This document shows, one piece after another, positions 13,354 to 24,697 of a DNA stretch of 64,000 bases; the stretch's first letter is position 1; each line of letters opens with the position of its first letter. Location of the stretch: assembly GCA_963762145.1 (NCBI GenBank), contig CAVXJS010000011.1, forward strand, positions 480,001 to 544,000. The letters are read 5' to 3'. The notes beneath the pieces are model-generated. The model searched no databases and was not told where the DNA came from. It saw nothing but the letters and a program-made list of their open reading frames with translations. The position numbers were made by a program, and so were the translations under genes. Source of the DNA: an uncultured Candidatus Rokubacteria bacterium. Its GTDB lineage: Bacteria > Methylomirabilota > Methylomirabilia > Rokubacteriales > CSP1-6.

Positions 13354-15594
13354 GTGACCGCGGGCGACCCTAAGGTCACGCTGGACCTGGCCCAGAGCCA
13401 CGGCCTCACGGCCGAAGAATACGATCGCATCATCCGGCGCCTCGGCCGGGAGCCCACCTTCACCGAGCTCGGCCTCTTCTCCGCCCTCTGGTCCGAGCAC
13501 TGCGCCTACAAGCACTCGCGCGTCTTCCTGCGCTCGCTGCCCACCCGCGCGGCCCACGTGCTGCAGGGGCCCGGTGAGAACGCGGGGATCGTGGACCTGG
13601 GGGGCGATCTCGCGCTCACCTTCAAGATCGAGAGCCACAACCACCCGTCGTTCATCGAGCCCTTCCAGGGCGCGGCGACCGGAGTGGGCGGCATTCTCCG
13701 CGACATCTTCACGATGGGCGCCCGGCCCATCGCCGTCCTCGACTCCCTGCGCTTCGGCGATCCCGCCGATCCACGCCAGCGGCGCCTCATCGAGGGGGTG
13801 GTCTCCGGAATCGGCTGGTACGGCAACTGCTTCGGGGTCCCGAACCTCGGCGGCGAGGTCGGCTTCGCGCCCGAGTACGCGGGCAACCCGCTGGTCAACG
13901 CGATGGCGGTGGGCCTGGTGAGCAAGCGCGGCATCTTTCGCGCGCGCGCCGAGGGGGTGGGCAATCCGGTGTTCTACGTGGGGGCCAAGACCGGCCGCGA
14001 CGGCATCCACGGTGCCACCATGGCCTCCTCCACGTTCGACGAGACCGCGGAGGAGCGGCGGCCCACCGTGCAGGTCGGCGACCCGTTCACCGAGAAGCTG
14101 CTGCTGGAGGCCTGTCTCGAGGCCATGGCCACCGGCGCCATCGTGGGCATCCAGGACATGGGGGCGGCGGGCCTCGCCTGCGCCTGCTCGGAGATGCCCG
14201 CGCGCTCGAGCATGGGCATGGAGATCGAGGCGTCGCGGGTGCCGCAGCGCGAGACGGGGATGACCCCGTACGAGGTCATGCTGTCGGAGTCGCAGGAGCG
14301 GATGCTCCTGGTGGCGGAGCGGGGCCGGGAGGACGAGGTCCGCCGCACCTTCGCCAAGTGGGACCTCGACGCGGTGGAGATCGGCACCGTGACCGGCGAC
14401 GGCCTGCTCCGGGTGCGCTTCCACGGGTCGGTCGTGGCCGAGGTGCCGGTGAAGGCCCTCGCTGACGAGGCCCCGGTGTACGAGAAGCCCACCGCGCGGC
14501 CCGAATGGCAGGACGCGCTCGAGCGCTTCGATCCGCTGGCCGCGCTCGCTTCGCCCGAGTCCTGTGACGAGGCCTCGCAGGCCCTCCTGACCCTCCTCGC
14601 CTCGCCGGGCATCGCGTCCAAGGAATGGGTGTACCGTCAGTACGATCAGCAGGTCGGGATCAACTCGCTCGTGCTCCCCGGCTCGGACGCGGGGGTGCTG
14701 CGCATCAAGGGGACTCGTATCGGGGTGGCGGTAACCACCGATTGCAACGCGCGGTTCGTGTACCTCGATCCGCGTGTCGGCGCGGCGATGGCGGTGGCGG
14801 AGGCCGCCCGCAACCTGTCGGTGAGCGGAGCGCGACCGCTCGGGCTGACGGACTGCCTGAACTTCGGCTCTCCGGAGCGGCCCGAGATCCTGTGGCAGTT
14901 CAAGGAGGCGGTGGCGGGCATCACCGAGGCGTGCGGGGCACTGGAAATCCCCGTGGTCGGCGGCAACGTCTCCTTCTACAATGAGACTCTCGGCCAGGCG
15001 GTCCTCCCCACGCCGGTGATCGGCATGGCGGGGATCCTGGACGACGCGGAGGCGCGCTGCACGCAGTGGTTTGCCGAGCCCGGGGATCGGGTGGCCCTGC
15101 TCGGGCCGGAGGCGGTGAGCCTGGGCGGGTCGGAGTGGCTGTGGCTGCGGCGGCAGACGGTGGCCGGCCGGCTGGCCCCGCTCGATCTGTCGGTGGAGCG
15201 GGCGGTGCAGGAAGCCTGTCGCGCGGCGATCGCGGCCCGCCTGCTGGGCTCGGCCCACGACTGCGCGGAGGGAGGCCTGGCGGTGGCGCTGGCCGAGGCG
15301 TGCGCGAGCGGGCCGCGGCCGATGGGCGCGGACATCGAGCTGGGAGCGGGCGGCGGTCGCGCCGATCTCACGCTCTTCGGGGAAGGGCCGTCGCGCGTGG
15401 TGGTCTCGGTCAAGGCGGACCGGACGCGCCACTTCGAGCAGCTGATGAGCGAGTTCCGGGTGCCGTGGCGCTTCATCGGACGGGTCGGAGGCGACCATCT
15501 CCGGATCCGGGCGGGGGAGGCGAGCCTCGTGGATCTGGATCTGAACCGCATCACGAGCGCGTGGAGGGGCGGCTTTGAGCGATATGTCAGCTGA
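13354..15594 (+). CDS. purL: FGAM synthase subunit PurL
   Basis: [23 protein letters not shown] and SESQERM motifs. Confidence 0.98.
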   Translation: MTAGDPKVTLDLAQSHGLTAEEYDRIIRRLGREPTFTELGLFSALWSEHCAYKHSRVFLRSLPTRAAHVLQGPGENAGIVDLGGDLALTFKIESHNHPSFIEPFQGAATGVGGILRDIFTMGARPIAVLDSLRFGDPADPRQRRLIEGVVSGIGWYGNCFGVPNLGGEVGFAPEYAGNPLVNAMAVGLVSKRGIFRARAEGVGNPVFYVGAKTGRDGIHGATMASSTFDETAEERRPTVQVGDPFTEKLLLEACLEAMATGAIVGIQDMGAAGLACACSEMPARSSMGMEIEASRVPQRETGMTPYEVMLSESQERMLLVAERGREDEVRRTFAKWDLDAVEIGTVTGDGLLRVRFHGSVVAEVPVKALADEAPVYEKPTARPEWQDALERFDPLAALASPESCDEASQALLTLLASPGIASKEWVYRQYDQQVGINSLVLPGSDAGVLRIKGTRIGVAVTTDCNARFVYLDPRVGAAMAVAEAARNLSVSGARPLGLTDCLNFGSPERPEILWQFKEAVAGITEACGALEIPVVGGNVSFYNETLGQAVLPTPVIGMAGILDDAEARCTQWFAEPGDRVALLGPEAVSLGGSEWLWLRRQTVAGRLAPLDLSVERAVQEACRAAIAARLLGSAHDCAEGGLAVALAEACASGPRPMGADIELGAGGGRADLTLFGEGPSRVVVSVKADRTRHFEQLMSEFRVPWRFIGRVGGDHLRIRAGEASLVDLDLNRITSAWRGGFERYVS

Positions 15595-17011
15595 GGCGAC
15601 GGCCATCGAGCTGGACGACGACAAGTTCCACGACGAGTGCGGGCTGTTCGGCATCTGGAATCACGCCGAGGCCGCGAACGTCGTGTACCTCGGTCTGTAC
15701 GCGCTCCAGCATCGGGGCCAGGAATCCGCCGGCATCGCCTCGACCGATGGCGATCACTTCCAGGTCGAGAAGGCGATGGGCTGGGTCGCCGACGTCTTCA
15801 GCCGCGACCGCCTCAAGCGCCTGCCGGGTCATCGCGCCATCGGCCACGTGCGCTACTCCACCGCGGGCAGCTCCAACCTGCGCAATGCCCAGCCGATCAC
15901 CGGCACCACCGCGCACGGGCCGGTGGCCATCGCCCACAACGGCAACCTGGTGAACGCCGAGGCGCTGCGGGAAGAGCTCGAGAAGGACGGCGCGGTCTTC
16001 CAGTCCTCGTCCGACACCGAGGTCATCCTGCACCTGCTGGCCCGGTCCGAGGGCGCGACGCTCGTCGAGCAGCTCGCCCGCGCCCTGACCCGGGTGCGCG
16101 GCGCCTACACCCTGCTGCTCCTGACTCCGACGTCGATCATCGGCGTCCGGGACCCCTCCGGCTTCCGGCCGCTCACCCTGGGCCGCCTGGACGACGCGTG
16201 GGTGCTCGCCTCGGAGACCTGCGCGCTCGACCTGATGGAAGCCAAGGTGGAGCGCGACGTGGAGCCGGGCGAGATCCTGGTCATCGACGAGCGCGGCCTC
16301 ACGTCGGTCAAGCCTTTCCGCCCCGCCCAGCGGCTGCAGTGCGTGTTCGAGTACGTGTACTTCGCGCGGCCCGACTCGGTGCTGTGGGGCCGGAACGTCC
16401 ACGCGGTGCGCAAGGCCCTCGGCCACCAGCTGGCCCGCGAGTATCCGGTGGTCGCCGACCTGGTCATCGCGGTGCCCGACTCCGGGGTCGGAGCCGCGCT
16501 CGGGTACTCGGAGGAATCGGGCCTGCCCTTCGACGTGGGGCTCGTTCGCAACCACTACGTGGGCCGTACCTTCATCGAGCCCCAGCAGGGCATCCGCCAC
16601 TTCGGGGTCAAGGTGAAGCTCAACCCGAATCGCGAGGTGCTGGACGGCAAGCGGGTCGTGGTCATCGACGACTCCATCGTCCGCGGCACCACCAGCCGCA
16701 AGATCGTGAAGATGATCCGGGCCGCGGGCGCGCGGGAGGTGCACGTGCGGATCTCCTCGCCGCCGATCCAGTGGCCCTGCTACTACGGCATCGACACGCC
16801 CACCCGGCGCGAGCTGATCGGGTCGAGCCACAAGGTGGAGGAGATCCAGCGCTACCTCGGCGCGGACTCCCTCGGCTACCTGTCGCTCGACGGCATGCTC
16901 AAGGCCGCGGGGTCGGACCCGGATCATTTCTGCCACGCGTGCTTCACCGGCCAGTACCAGGTCGGTTTCGAGTCCGAGGAGCTGGCGCAGCTCAAGCTGT
17001 TCGACTCGTAA
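15584..17011 (+). CDS. purF: Amidophosphoribosyltransferase
   Basis: Propeptide followed by ECGLFG; [27 protein letters not shown]. Confidence 0.98.
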   Translation: MSAEATAIELDDDKFHDECGLFGIWNHAEAANVVYLGLYALQHRGQESAGIASTDGDHFQVEKAMGWVADVFSRDRLKRLPGHRAIGHVRYSTAGSSNLRNAQPITGTTAHGPVAIAHNGNLVNAEALREELEKDGAVFQSSSDTEVILHLLARSEGATLVEQLARALTRVRGAYTLLLLTPTSIIGVRDPSGFRPLTLGRLDDAWVLASETCALDLMEAKVERDVEPGEILVIDERGLTSVKPFRPAQRLQCVFEYVYFARPDSVLWGRNVHAVRKALGHQLAREYPVVADLVIAVPDSGVGAALGYSEESGLPFDVGLVRNHYVGRTFIEPQQGIRHFGVKVKLNPNREVLDGKRVVVIDDSIVRGTTSRKIVKMIRAAGAREVHVRISSPPIQWPCYYGIDTPTRRELIGSSHKVEEIQRYLGADSLGYLSLDGMLKAAGSDPDHFCHACFTGQYQVGFESEELAQLKLFDS

Positions 17012-17017
17012 GGAGTT

Positions 17018-18046
17018 ATGGATCCCCTGACGTATCGGGCCGCCGGCGTGGACATCCGAGCCGGCGACGAGGTTGTACGCCGGATCGCGCCGCTGGCCGC
17101 GTCCACCCTGCGCCCCGAAGTGCTGGGCGGCATCGGAGCTTTCGCCGCCTTCTGCCGGGTCCCCTTCGGGCTGCAGGATCCCGTGCTCGTCTCCTCCACC
17201 GACGGGGTGGGGACCAAGCTCAAGATCGCGGTGATGGCGGACCGCCACGACACGATCGGGGTCGACCTGGTCGCCATGGGCGTCAACGACGTGATCGTGC
17301 ACGGCGCCGAGCCGCTCTTCTTTCTCGACTACCTGGCCGTCCACCGCGTGGAGCCCGAGAAGATCGAGGCGATCGTGGCCGGCGTCGCGGCGGGCTGTCG
17401 CCAGGCCGGGTGCGCCCTGGTGGGTGGCGAGACCGCCGAGATGGGTGGGCTCTACGCGCCGGGGGAGTACGACCTGGCCGGCTTCGCGGTGGGCGTGGCC
17501 GAGCGCTCGGCCCTGATCACCGGCGAGCACGTCACCGCGGGTGATCGCGTCCTGGGCCTCGCGTCCTCGGGCCTGCACAGCAACGGCTTCACCCTGGCCC
17601 GCGAGGCGATCTTCGGCCGCATGGGGCTCAAGCTCGGCGATCCGATCCCCGGGGTCGGCCGGAGCGTGGGCGACGAGCTGCTCGAGCCCACGCGCATCTA
17701 CGTCAAGCCGGTGCTCGAGCTGATCCGGGAGGTGCGAGTGCGGGCGATGGCCCACATCACGGGTGGCGGCATCACCGAGAACCTGCCGCGGGTGCTGCCC
17801 GCGCAGCGGCGCGCCCGGATCGACCCCCGCGCGTGGCCGTCGCCGCCGGTCTTCGCGGCCATCCAGCGCGCCGCCTCGGTGGACGACGCCGAGATGCGGC
17901 GCACCTTCAACATGGGGATCGGCTTCGTGATCGTGGTCGCGCCCGAGGACGCGGCCGCCGCCACGCGGCGTCTCGAGGCGCTGGGCGAGCGGGTGTACCC
18001 GATCGGCGACATCGTGCCCGGCGCGCCCGGCGTGGACTATGTCTGA
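17018..18046 (+). CDS. purM: Phosphoribosylformylglycinamidine cyclo-ligase
   Basis: STDGVGTKL, GGETAEM, SSGLHSNG, AHITGGG, TFNMGIG. Confidence 0.98.
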   Translation: MDPLTYRAAGVDIRAGDEVVRRIAPLAASTLRPEVLGGIGAFAAFCRVPFGLQDPVLVSSTDGVGTKLKIAVMADRHDTIGVDLVAMGVNDVIVHGAEPLFFLDYLAVHRVEPEKIEAIVAGVAAGCRQAGCALVGGETAEMGGLYAPGEYDLAGFAVGVAERSALITGEHVTAGDRVLGLASSGLHSNGFTLAREAIFGRMGLKLGDPIPGVGRSVGDELLEPTRIYVKPVLELIREVRVRAMAHITGGGITENLPRVLPAQRRARIDPRAWPSPPVFAAIQRAASVDDAEMRRTFNMGIGFVIVVAPEDAAAATRRLEALGERVYPIGDIVPGAPGVDYV

Positions 18047-18659
18047 GCCGCTGCGGGTGGCGGTGCTCGCCTCCGGGCGCGGTTCCAACTTCCGCGCGCT
18101 GGCCGAGGCCGCCGCGGACCGGCGCATCCCCGCCGCGGTGGTCGTGCTCGTGACGGACCGCCCGGGCGCGGGCGCGCTCGCGGTGGCGCGCGAGCTCGGG
18201 ATCGAGACGGTCGTGCTCGAGCCGCGGCAGCATCCCTCGCGCGAGGCGCACGAGAAGGCGGTGATCGCGGCGCTCGAGGAGCGGCGCGTCGGTCTCGTGT
18301 GCCTCGCCGGCTACATGCGGCTCGTGGGGCCGGGCTTCGTGGCCCACTGGGCCGGCCGGCTCCTCAACATCCACCCCTCGCTCCTCCCGGCGTTCCCGGG
18401 CCTGCACCCGCAGCGCCAGGCGCTCGAGCACGGGGCCCGGGTCTCCGGGGCCACCGTGCACTTCGTGGACGACGGCGTGGACACCGGCCCCATCGTGCTG
18501 CAGGCCGCGGTGCCGGTGATGGCGGACGACACCGAAGCCACCCTCGCGGAGCGGATCCTCGTCGAGGAGCACCGGCTGTACCCGGAGGCGGTCCGGCTCT
18601 TCGCGCTGGGACGGCTCGAGCTCCGCGGTCGCCGTGTGCAGATCAGGGAGACCCCATGA
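18039..18659 (+). CDS. purN: Phosphoribosylglycinamide formyltransferase
   Basis: [34 protein letters not shown]. Confidence 0.98.
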   Translation: MSEPLRVAVLASGRGSNFRALAEAAADRRIPAAVVVLVTDRPGAGALAVARELGIETVVLEPRQHPSREAHEKAVIAALEERRVGLVCLAGYMRLVGPGFVAHWAGRLLNIHPSLLPAFPGLHPQRQALEHGARVSGATVHFVDDGVDTGPIVLQAAVPVMADDTEATLAERILVEEHRLYPEAVRLFALGRLELRGRRVQIRETP

Positions 18660-20268
18660 CTCGAGTGCGACGTGCCCTCCTGAGCGTGCACGACAAGACC
18701 GGCGTGGTGGAATTCGCCCGCGGCCTGGCCGCCCTCGGGGCCGAGATCCTGTCCACCGGCGGCACCGCGAAGCTCCTGCGCGAGTCCGGCGTGCCGGTGG
18801 TGGACGTGGCCGAGGTCACCGGGTTTCCCGAGATGCTCGACGGCCGCGTCAAGACGCTGCACCCCGGCGTGCACGGCGGCATCCTCGCCCGCCGCGAGCT
18901 GCCCGAGCACATGGCCGCGCTCGAGCGGCACGGCATCCGCCCCATCGACCTGGTCGTAGTGACCCTCTATCCCTTCGAGAAGACGGTGGCGCGGCCGGGT
19001 GTGTCGCTCGAGGAGGCGATCGAGAATATCGACATCGGCGGGCCCAGCATGATCCGGGGCGCGGCCAAGAACCACGCGCACGTCGCGGTGGTGACCGATC
19101 CCGGCCAGTACGGTCCCGTTCTGGAGGAGCTGCGGCGCGGCGACGGAGCGCTGTCCGACGCCACCCGGTTCCGGCTGGCCTTCGAGGCCTTCCGGCGCAC
19201 CGCCCAGTACGACGCGGCGATCGCGGCCTACCTGCGCGAGCCGGGCGCGACCGGCCGCCCCGCCACGGTGTCCGTGGCCGGCTTTCCCGAGCGGCTGTCC
19301 GTGGACGGCGCGCTCGCCCAGACTCTGCGCTACGGCGAGAACCCGCACCAGGCGGCCGCGTTCTACCGCCCGTCCGCGGGCGTATTGGTGTCCCGTCCGG
19401 AGACGCGCTCGGCCTGAGCGCGGCGACCCAGCTCCACGGCCCCGAGCTCTCGTACAACAACCTGCTCGACTGGTCGGCCGCGCTCGGCCTGCTGCTCGAG
19501 TTCGACGATCCGGCCGCGGTGGTGATCAAGCACACCAATCCCTGCGGGGTGGCGGTCGGGCAGAGCGTGGGCGAGGCGGCCCGCAAGGCCAAGGCCTGCG
19601 ATCCGGTCTCGATCTACGGCGGCATCGTGGGGGTGAACCGGACGGTGGACCTCGAGGTGGTGAAGGAGCTCTCCGGCATCCTGCTCGAGATCCTGTTCGC
19701 CCCCGCCTACGAGCCGGACGCGCTCGAGGAGATCCGCCGGACCAAGAAGAGGTGCCGGGTGTTCCAGCTCCCGTGCGCACGGGCCGACTATCCCACGCGC
19801 GTCCGGGAAGTCCGGAGCGTCTGGGGCGGGGTGCTCGCTCCAGGAAGCCGATCTCGCCGATCTCGATCCCGGCGACGCTCAAGGTCGTCTCGAAGCGCCC
19901 GCCCACCGAGGCGGAGCTGCCGCGGCCTGCGCTTCGGCTGGCGCGTGGCCAAGCACGCCAAGTCCAACGCGATCGTGCTCGCGACCGCCGATCAGGTGGT
20001 CGGGGTGGGCGCCGGGCAGATGAACCGGGTGGACTCGGCGCGCATCGCGGTCATGCGCGCGCGCGAGCTCGGGCTCGAGACCAAGGGCTCGGTCTGCGCC
20101 TCCGACGCGTTCTTCCCGTTCCGCGACGGGCTCGACGTGGTCGCCAAGGCGGGCGCCACCGCGGTGATCCATCCCGGCGGCTCGGTGCGCGACGAGGAGG
20201 TCGTGGCGGCCGCCGACGAGCACGGCATGGCCATGGTGGTGTGCGGGATTCGCCATTTCAAGCACTAG
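18656..20268 (+). CDS. purH: Bifunctional AICAR transformylase / IMP cyclohydrolase; several frameshifts at about 19390-19925
   Basis: [40 protein letters not shown] and RHFKH terminus across frames. Confidence 0.95.
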
Positions 20269-20284
20269 TCCTCCGCTCGAACGG

Positions 20285-21183
20285 GTGTTCACGCTGCGCG
20301 AGCTGATGCGGCTCCTGCGCCTGTCGCCCAAGCGCCGCTCGCAGCTCCGGCGCCTGGGCCTGCTGCGCGACGATCCGGGCGGCCTGCGCTTCCGCGAGCT
20401 GGTCTCGGTGCGCGCGGCCGCGAACCTGCTGGAGAGCGGAGCGAGCGTGCGCCAGGTGCGCGCCGCGCTCGACGGAGCGCGCCGGCTCGCCCCCGACGTG
20501 CGGACGCCCGCTGGCCGAGCTGCGCCTGGTGGTGCGCGATCGCCAGGTGGTGGTCGAGCAGGACCGGCTGCGGCTCGATCCGGGCACCGGCCAGGCCCTG
20601 CTCGCGTTCGAGCCCGTGGGCGAGCTCGAGCGCGAGACCCGCGAGACCCTGCTGACCGGGATGGTGCGTCCGCTCATCCCGCCCGCCGACGCGGCCGAGG
20701 TGTGGTTCCAGCGCGCGTCGGAGTGGGACGGCGATCCGGAGCGCTGGGAGTCCGCGGTGGACGCCTACGAGCGCGTGCTCGACATGGATCCGGGTTACGC
20801 GGCGGCCTGGAACAACCTCGGCCTCCTCCACCACCGGATGGGGCAGTACGAGCGGGCCGGGGAGTGCTACCGGGCCGCGCTCGAGGCCGACGAGAGCTGC
20901 TGCCAGGCCTCGTTCAACCTGGGCTCGCTCAACGAGGATCTGGGCGATTTCCCGGTGGCGGTGACGTGGTACCGGCGCGCGCTCGAGATGGACGCCGACT
21001 ACGCGGACGCCCACTTCAATCTCGCGGGCGTGCTCGCCAAGACGGGGCGGGCCGAGAGCGCGGCGGTGCACTGGCGCCGCTACCTCGAGCTCGACCTGGG
21101 CAGCCCGTGGGCCAAGATCGCGCGCGCGCACCTGGAGGAGGGCGCCGAGCCCTCCGGCGCCGACCCGGAGGGCCGACGAGTGA
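20285..21183 (+). CDS. Tetratricopeptide repeat protein with N-terminal MerR-like HTH region; frameshift near 20510, 3' end uncertain
   Basis: TPR motifs '[15 protein letters not shown]', 'ASFNLG', '[11 protein letters not shown]'; N-terminus '[23 protein letters not shown]'. Confidence 0.75.
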
Positions 21184-22466
21184 CCGACGTGCTCCTGGTG
21201 GGCGGCGGCGGCCGCGAGCACGCGCTGGCCTGGAAGCTCGCGCAGAGCCCGCGCCTGGGCCGCGATGATCGCCGCGCCCGGCAATCCCGGCATCGCGCGC
21301 GCACGCCCGGTGCGTTCCCGTGAAGGACACCGCGGTCGACGAGCTGGTGGACCTCGCGCGCCGGGAGCGCCCCGACCTGGTGGTGGTGGGACCCGAGGTG
21401 CCGCTGGCGATGGGGCTCGCCGACCGGCTGCGCGAGGCCGGCTTCGCGGTGTTCGGCCCGAGCGCGGCCGCCGCCCGCCTCGAGAGCTCCAAGGCCTTCG
21501 CCAAGGACCTGATGGCGCGCCACGGCGTTCCCACCGCGCGCTTCCGCACCTTCCAGGACGCGGCGGCGGCCGGGCGCTACTGCCGCGAGCTCGGCGCGCC
21601 CTTGGTCGTGAAGGCGGACGGGCTCGCGGCGGGCAAGGGGGTCATCGTGTGCCGGTCGCTGGACGAGGCGGATCGGGCGCTCGCGCTGTGCTTCGAGGAG
21701 CGCGCCTTCGGCGTCTCGGGCCTCACGGTGGTGGTGGAGGAGTTCCTCGAGGGCGAGGAGGCGTCGTTCTTCGCGATCGCGGACGGCGCCGCGGTCCTGC
21801 CGCTCGTGGCGGCGCAGGATCACAAGACGGTCTGGGACGACGACCAGGGGCCCAACACCGGCGGCATGGGCGCGTACTCGCCGGCGCCGGTCATGAGCGC
21901 CGCCATGCAGGACCGCGTCATGGCCGAGATCGTGCGGCCGGTGATCGCGGCGATGGGGAAGGAGGGCGCGCCGTACACCGGGCGTGCTCTTCGTCGGGCC
22001 TGATGATCACGCGTGAAGGGCCGAAGGTCGATCGAGTTCAACTGCCGCTTCGGCGACCCGGAGTGCCAGGCGATCATGCCGCGCCTCGAGGGCGACCTGC
22101 TCGCGCTGCTCGAGGCCGCCGCCACCGGGCAGGGGCTGCCCGCCGCGCTCGCGTGGAGCCCGGCGACCTCCGTCTGCGTGGTGATGGCCTCCGCCGGCTA
22201 TCCCGGCCGCGTACGAGACCGGTCTCCCGATCACGGGAGTCGCCGCGGTCGCCGCGCGGCCCGGCATCAACGTCTTCCACGCGGGTACTGCGATGGCGAG
22301 CGATGTCCTCGTCACCGCGGGAGGTCGCGTGCTGGGCGTGCAGGCCCTGGGCGGAGACCTGGCCTCCGCGATCCGGGCGGCCTACGACGGCGTCGAGCGC
22401 ATCCGCTTCGACGGCGCCCACTACCGGCGAGATATTGGTCATCACGCGCTCGGACGCGTCGGGTGA
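21180..22466 (+). CDS. purD: Phosphoribosylamine--glycine ligase; multiple frameshifts
   Basis: [46 protein letters not shown] and YRRDIG across frames. Confidence 0.95.
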
Positions 22467-23104
22467 GCGCGCTGGCGATCTCGACGCGTATCGTGGCGGT
22501 GGATCCGGTCAAGCCCGATGAATCCGTGATGCGCGCCGCGGGCGCGCGGATCCAGGCGGGCGGGCTCGTGGCCTTCCCCACCGAGAGCTTCTACGGCCTG
22601 GGCGCCGACGCGCTCGATCCCGCCGCGGTGGCCCGCGTCTTCGAGGTCAAGGGCCGCCCGGACGACAAGCCCCTGCTCGTGCTGGTAGACTCGATCGACA
22701 TGGCGGCGGAGCTGGCCGCCGCGATCCCCGATGGCGTCCGCGCGCTGATGGCGCGCCACTGGCCGGGCGCGCTCACGCTGGTGCTCCGGGCCTCCGCGCA
22801 CGTGCCCGCGGGCCTCACCGGCGGCACCGGCACCGTCGGGGTGCGGCTGCCCGGGCACGCGGTGGCCCGCGCCCTCGTCGCCGCGGTCGCGCGGCCGGTG
22901 ACCGCGCCCAGCGCGAACCCGAACGCGGCGCCGCCGCCGCGGACGGCGGGGGACGTCCGCGGGTACTTCGGCGGACGCGTGGAGCTGATCCTGGACGGCG
23001 GGGCCACGGCCGGCGGCGCGGCCTCGACCGTCGCGGACTGCACGGTCTGGCCGCCGCGCATCCTGCGCCAGGGCCCGGTGATCGTCGAGGCGGCATGCGG
23101 ATAA
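22463..23104 (+). CDS. tsaC: L-threonylcarbamoyladenylate synthase (TsaC/Sua5/YrdC)
   Basis: VAFPTESFYGLG, KGRPDDKPL, WPGALT and TAPSAN motifs. Confidence 0.93.
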   Translation: MSALAISTRIVAVDPVKPDESVMRAAGARIQAGGLVAFPTESFYGLGADALDPAAVARVFEVKGRPDDKPLLVLVDSIDMAAELAAAIPDGVRALMARHWPGALTLVLRASAHVPAGLTGGTGTVGVRLPGHAVARALVAAVARPVTAPSANPNAAPPPRTAGDVRGYFGGRVELILDGGATAGGAASTVADCTVWPPRILRQGPVIVEAACG

Positions 23105-23706
23105 CCGGAGTGATTCAGGCGGGCGGGCGGAGCACCCGCATGGGCGGCCGGCCGAAGGCCCTGCTGGAGCTGGGCGGCCGGCGCATCATCGACCGCGTCG
23201 CGCACGTCATGCGGCAGGTCGCCGACGATCTGCTCATCGTGACCAACACCCCCGAGCTCTACGCCGGGCTCGGCCTGCCGATGGTGCCGGACGCCTTCCC
23301 CGATCACGGCTCGCTGGGCGGCATCTACTCGGGCCTGCAGGCCGCCTCCGGCGATGCCGCCTTCACGGTGGCGTGCGACATGCCGTTCCTGATGCCGGAG
23401 GTGGCGCGCCTCGTCACGGAGCGGGCGGGTCTGGCCGACGTGGTCGCCCCGCGGGTCGGCGATCAGTGGGAGACGCTCCACGCCTGCTACGGGAAGGCCT
23501 GCCTGGCCCCGATCGAGACGCGGCTCCGCGCGGGGCGGCTCAAGATCATCGGCTTCTACGACGACGTGCGCGTGCTCGCGATCTCCGCGGGCGAGGTCGC
23601 CCGCTTCCGGGCCCCCGAGGTCGTGTTCATGAACGTCAACACCCCGGAAGAGCTCGAGGCCGCCCGCGTGCTCCTCCCCGCGCTCGAGCCGGCGGGAGGC
23701 CGCTAG
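23095..23706 (+). CDS. mobA: Molybdenum cofactor guanylyltransferase
   Basis: AGGRSTRMG..KALL, GSLGGIYSGL, VACDMPF and FMNVNTPEEL motifs. Confidence 0.92.
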   Translation: MRITGVIQAGGRSTRMGGRPKALLELGGRRIIDRVAHVMRQVADDLLIVTNTPELYAGLGLPMVPDAFPDHGSLGGIYSGLQAASGDAAFTVACDMPFLMPEVARLVTERAGLADVVAPRVGDQWETLHACYGKACLAPIETRLRAGRLKIIGFYDDVRVLAISAGEVARFRAPEVVFMNVNTPEELEAARVLLPALEPAGGR

Positions 23707-23716
23707 GAGCCGGGCC

Positions 23717-24541
23717 ATGGACGCGCGCGTCGAGGGACTCGGGCTCGGCTCGATCCAGGAGATCAACGCGCTGCCGCGCGAGGTCGCGGAGGCGCTCTAC
23801 ACGCGCCTGGTGCCGGAGGAGCTGCTCGACCGGTTCGCCATCGACCCGCACACCCTCTGCGACAAGGCGGGCGCGCGTCTGGTGCGGGTGACCGCCCCCG
23901 CGGACCAGCCGTGGGCCCGCGTGGAGGTGCGCTCGAGCCCGGAGGACCGCGATCCCGCGCTGCTGGTGGACGTGGAGATGTCCCCGCTCTCGGTGCCGGA
24001 GCTGGCCTTCGTGCAGATCACCGATCCCGCCGGCATCCGCTACGCGATCGACCGCGATCCGGACGGCCGCGACACGCTCTTCGGCACCACCTGTCGCAAC
24101 GTCGAGGAAGAGCGCCGCGCGATGCGGAGCGGTCTCGCGCCCGGGCAGGTCCGGCGCGGCCTGCGCCTGCTCTCCCGCGTGCTCGACGCCATGGAGGGCT
24201 TCTGCGCCCTCATCGGCAAGGAGATCTACCTCATCGAGCCCCTCTTCTATCACTCCGCGATCCTCTACGAGCGCCGCGGCTGCGGCTACCTGATGGGCCG
24301 CGACGTGATGGAGTCGATCCACGCCGGCTTCTCCGACGGCGGCCCGCTGCTGCGGGCCCTCGACGCATCCACCGAGTTCCGCGGTCCGGAGGCGGCCCGG
24401 ACGGTGCGCGGCCGGAGCTGGGCCATCCACGACGGGGTCGGTGACGGGCTCTGGGCCGGCGGGGCGGTGGGCGGGGTGAAGATGTACAAGGTCGCGGGTC
24501 GCCAGGCCGGGATCAACACCTTCCCGGGCGCGATCTACTGA
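23717..24541 (+). CDS. Uncharacterised protein, possibly GNAT-like fold
   Basis: 274-aa ORF with AGGAG SD and host-like codon use; 'EPLFYHSAILYERRGCGY' resembles GNAT motif B. Confidence 0.8.
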   Translation: MDARVEGLGLGSIQEINALPREVAEALYTRLVPEELLDRFAIDPHTLCDKAGARLVRVTAPADQPWARVEVRSSPEDRDPALLVDVEMSPLSVPELAFVQITDPAGIRYAIDRDPDGRDTLFGTTCRNVEEERRAMRSGLAPGQVRRGLRLLSRVLDAMEGFCALIGKEIYLIEPLFYHSAILYERRGCGYLMGRDVMESIHAGFSDGGPLLRALDASTEFRGPEAARTVRGRSWAIHDGVGDGLWAGGAVGGVKMYKVAGRQAGINTFPGAIY

Positions 24542-24568
24542 GGCCGACCCCCGGGATATACTGTTGCG

Positions 24569-24697
24569 GTGAAGCGCCCGAAGCCCATTCACCGCAAGAT
24601 CCGCAAGCCGATGCCCGCGAAGCCCCCGAAGGTGGAAATTCCCAAGACGGTGTACCGGCGTCGGCCCAAGCACCGGCGCACCGCGGGGAGCGAGTGA
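24569..24697 (+). CDS. Small basic protein (42 aa), MKRPKPIHRKIRKPMPAKPPKVEIPKTVYRRRPKHRRTAGSE; absent from ORF track
   Basis: Hand translation; TATACT -10 box ends 6 nt before GTG; TGA overlaps the thiI start. Confidence 0.7.
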   Translation: MKRPKPIHRKIRKPMPAKPPKVEIPKTVYRRRPKHRRTAGSE

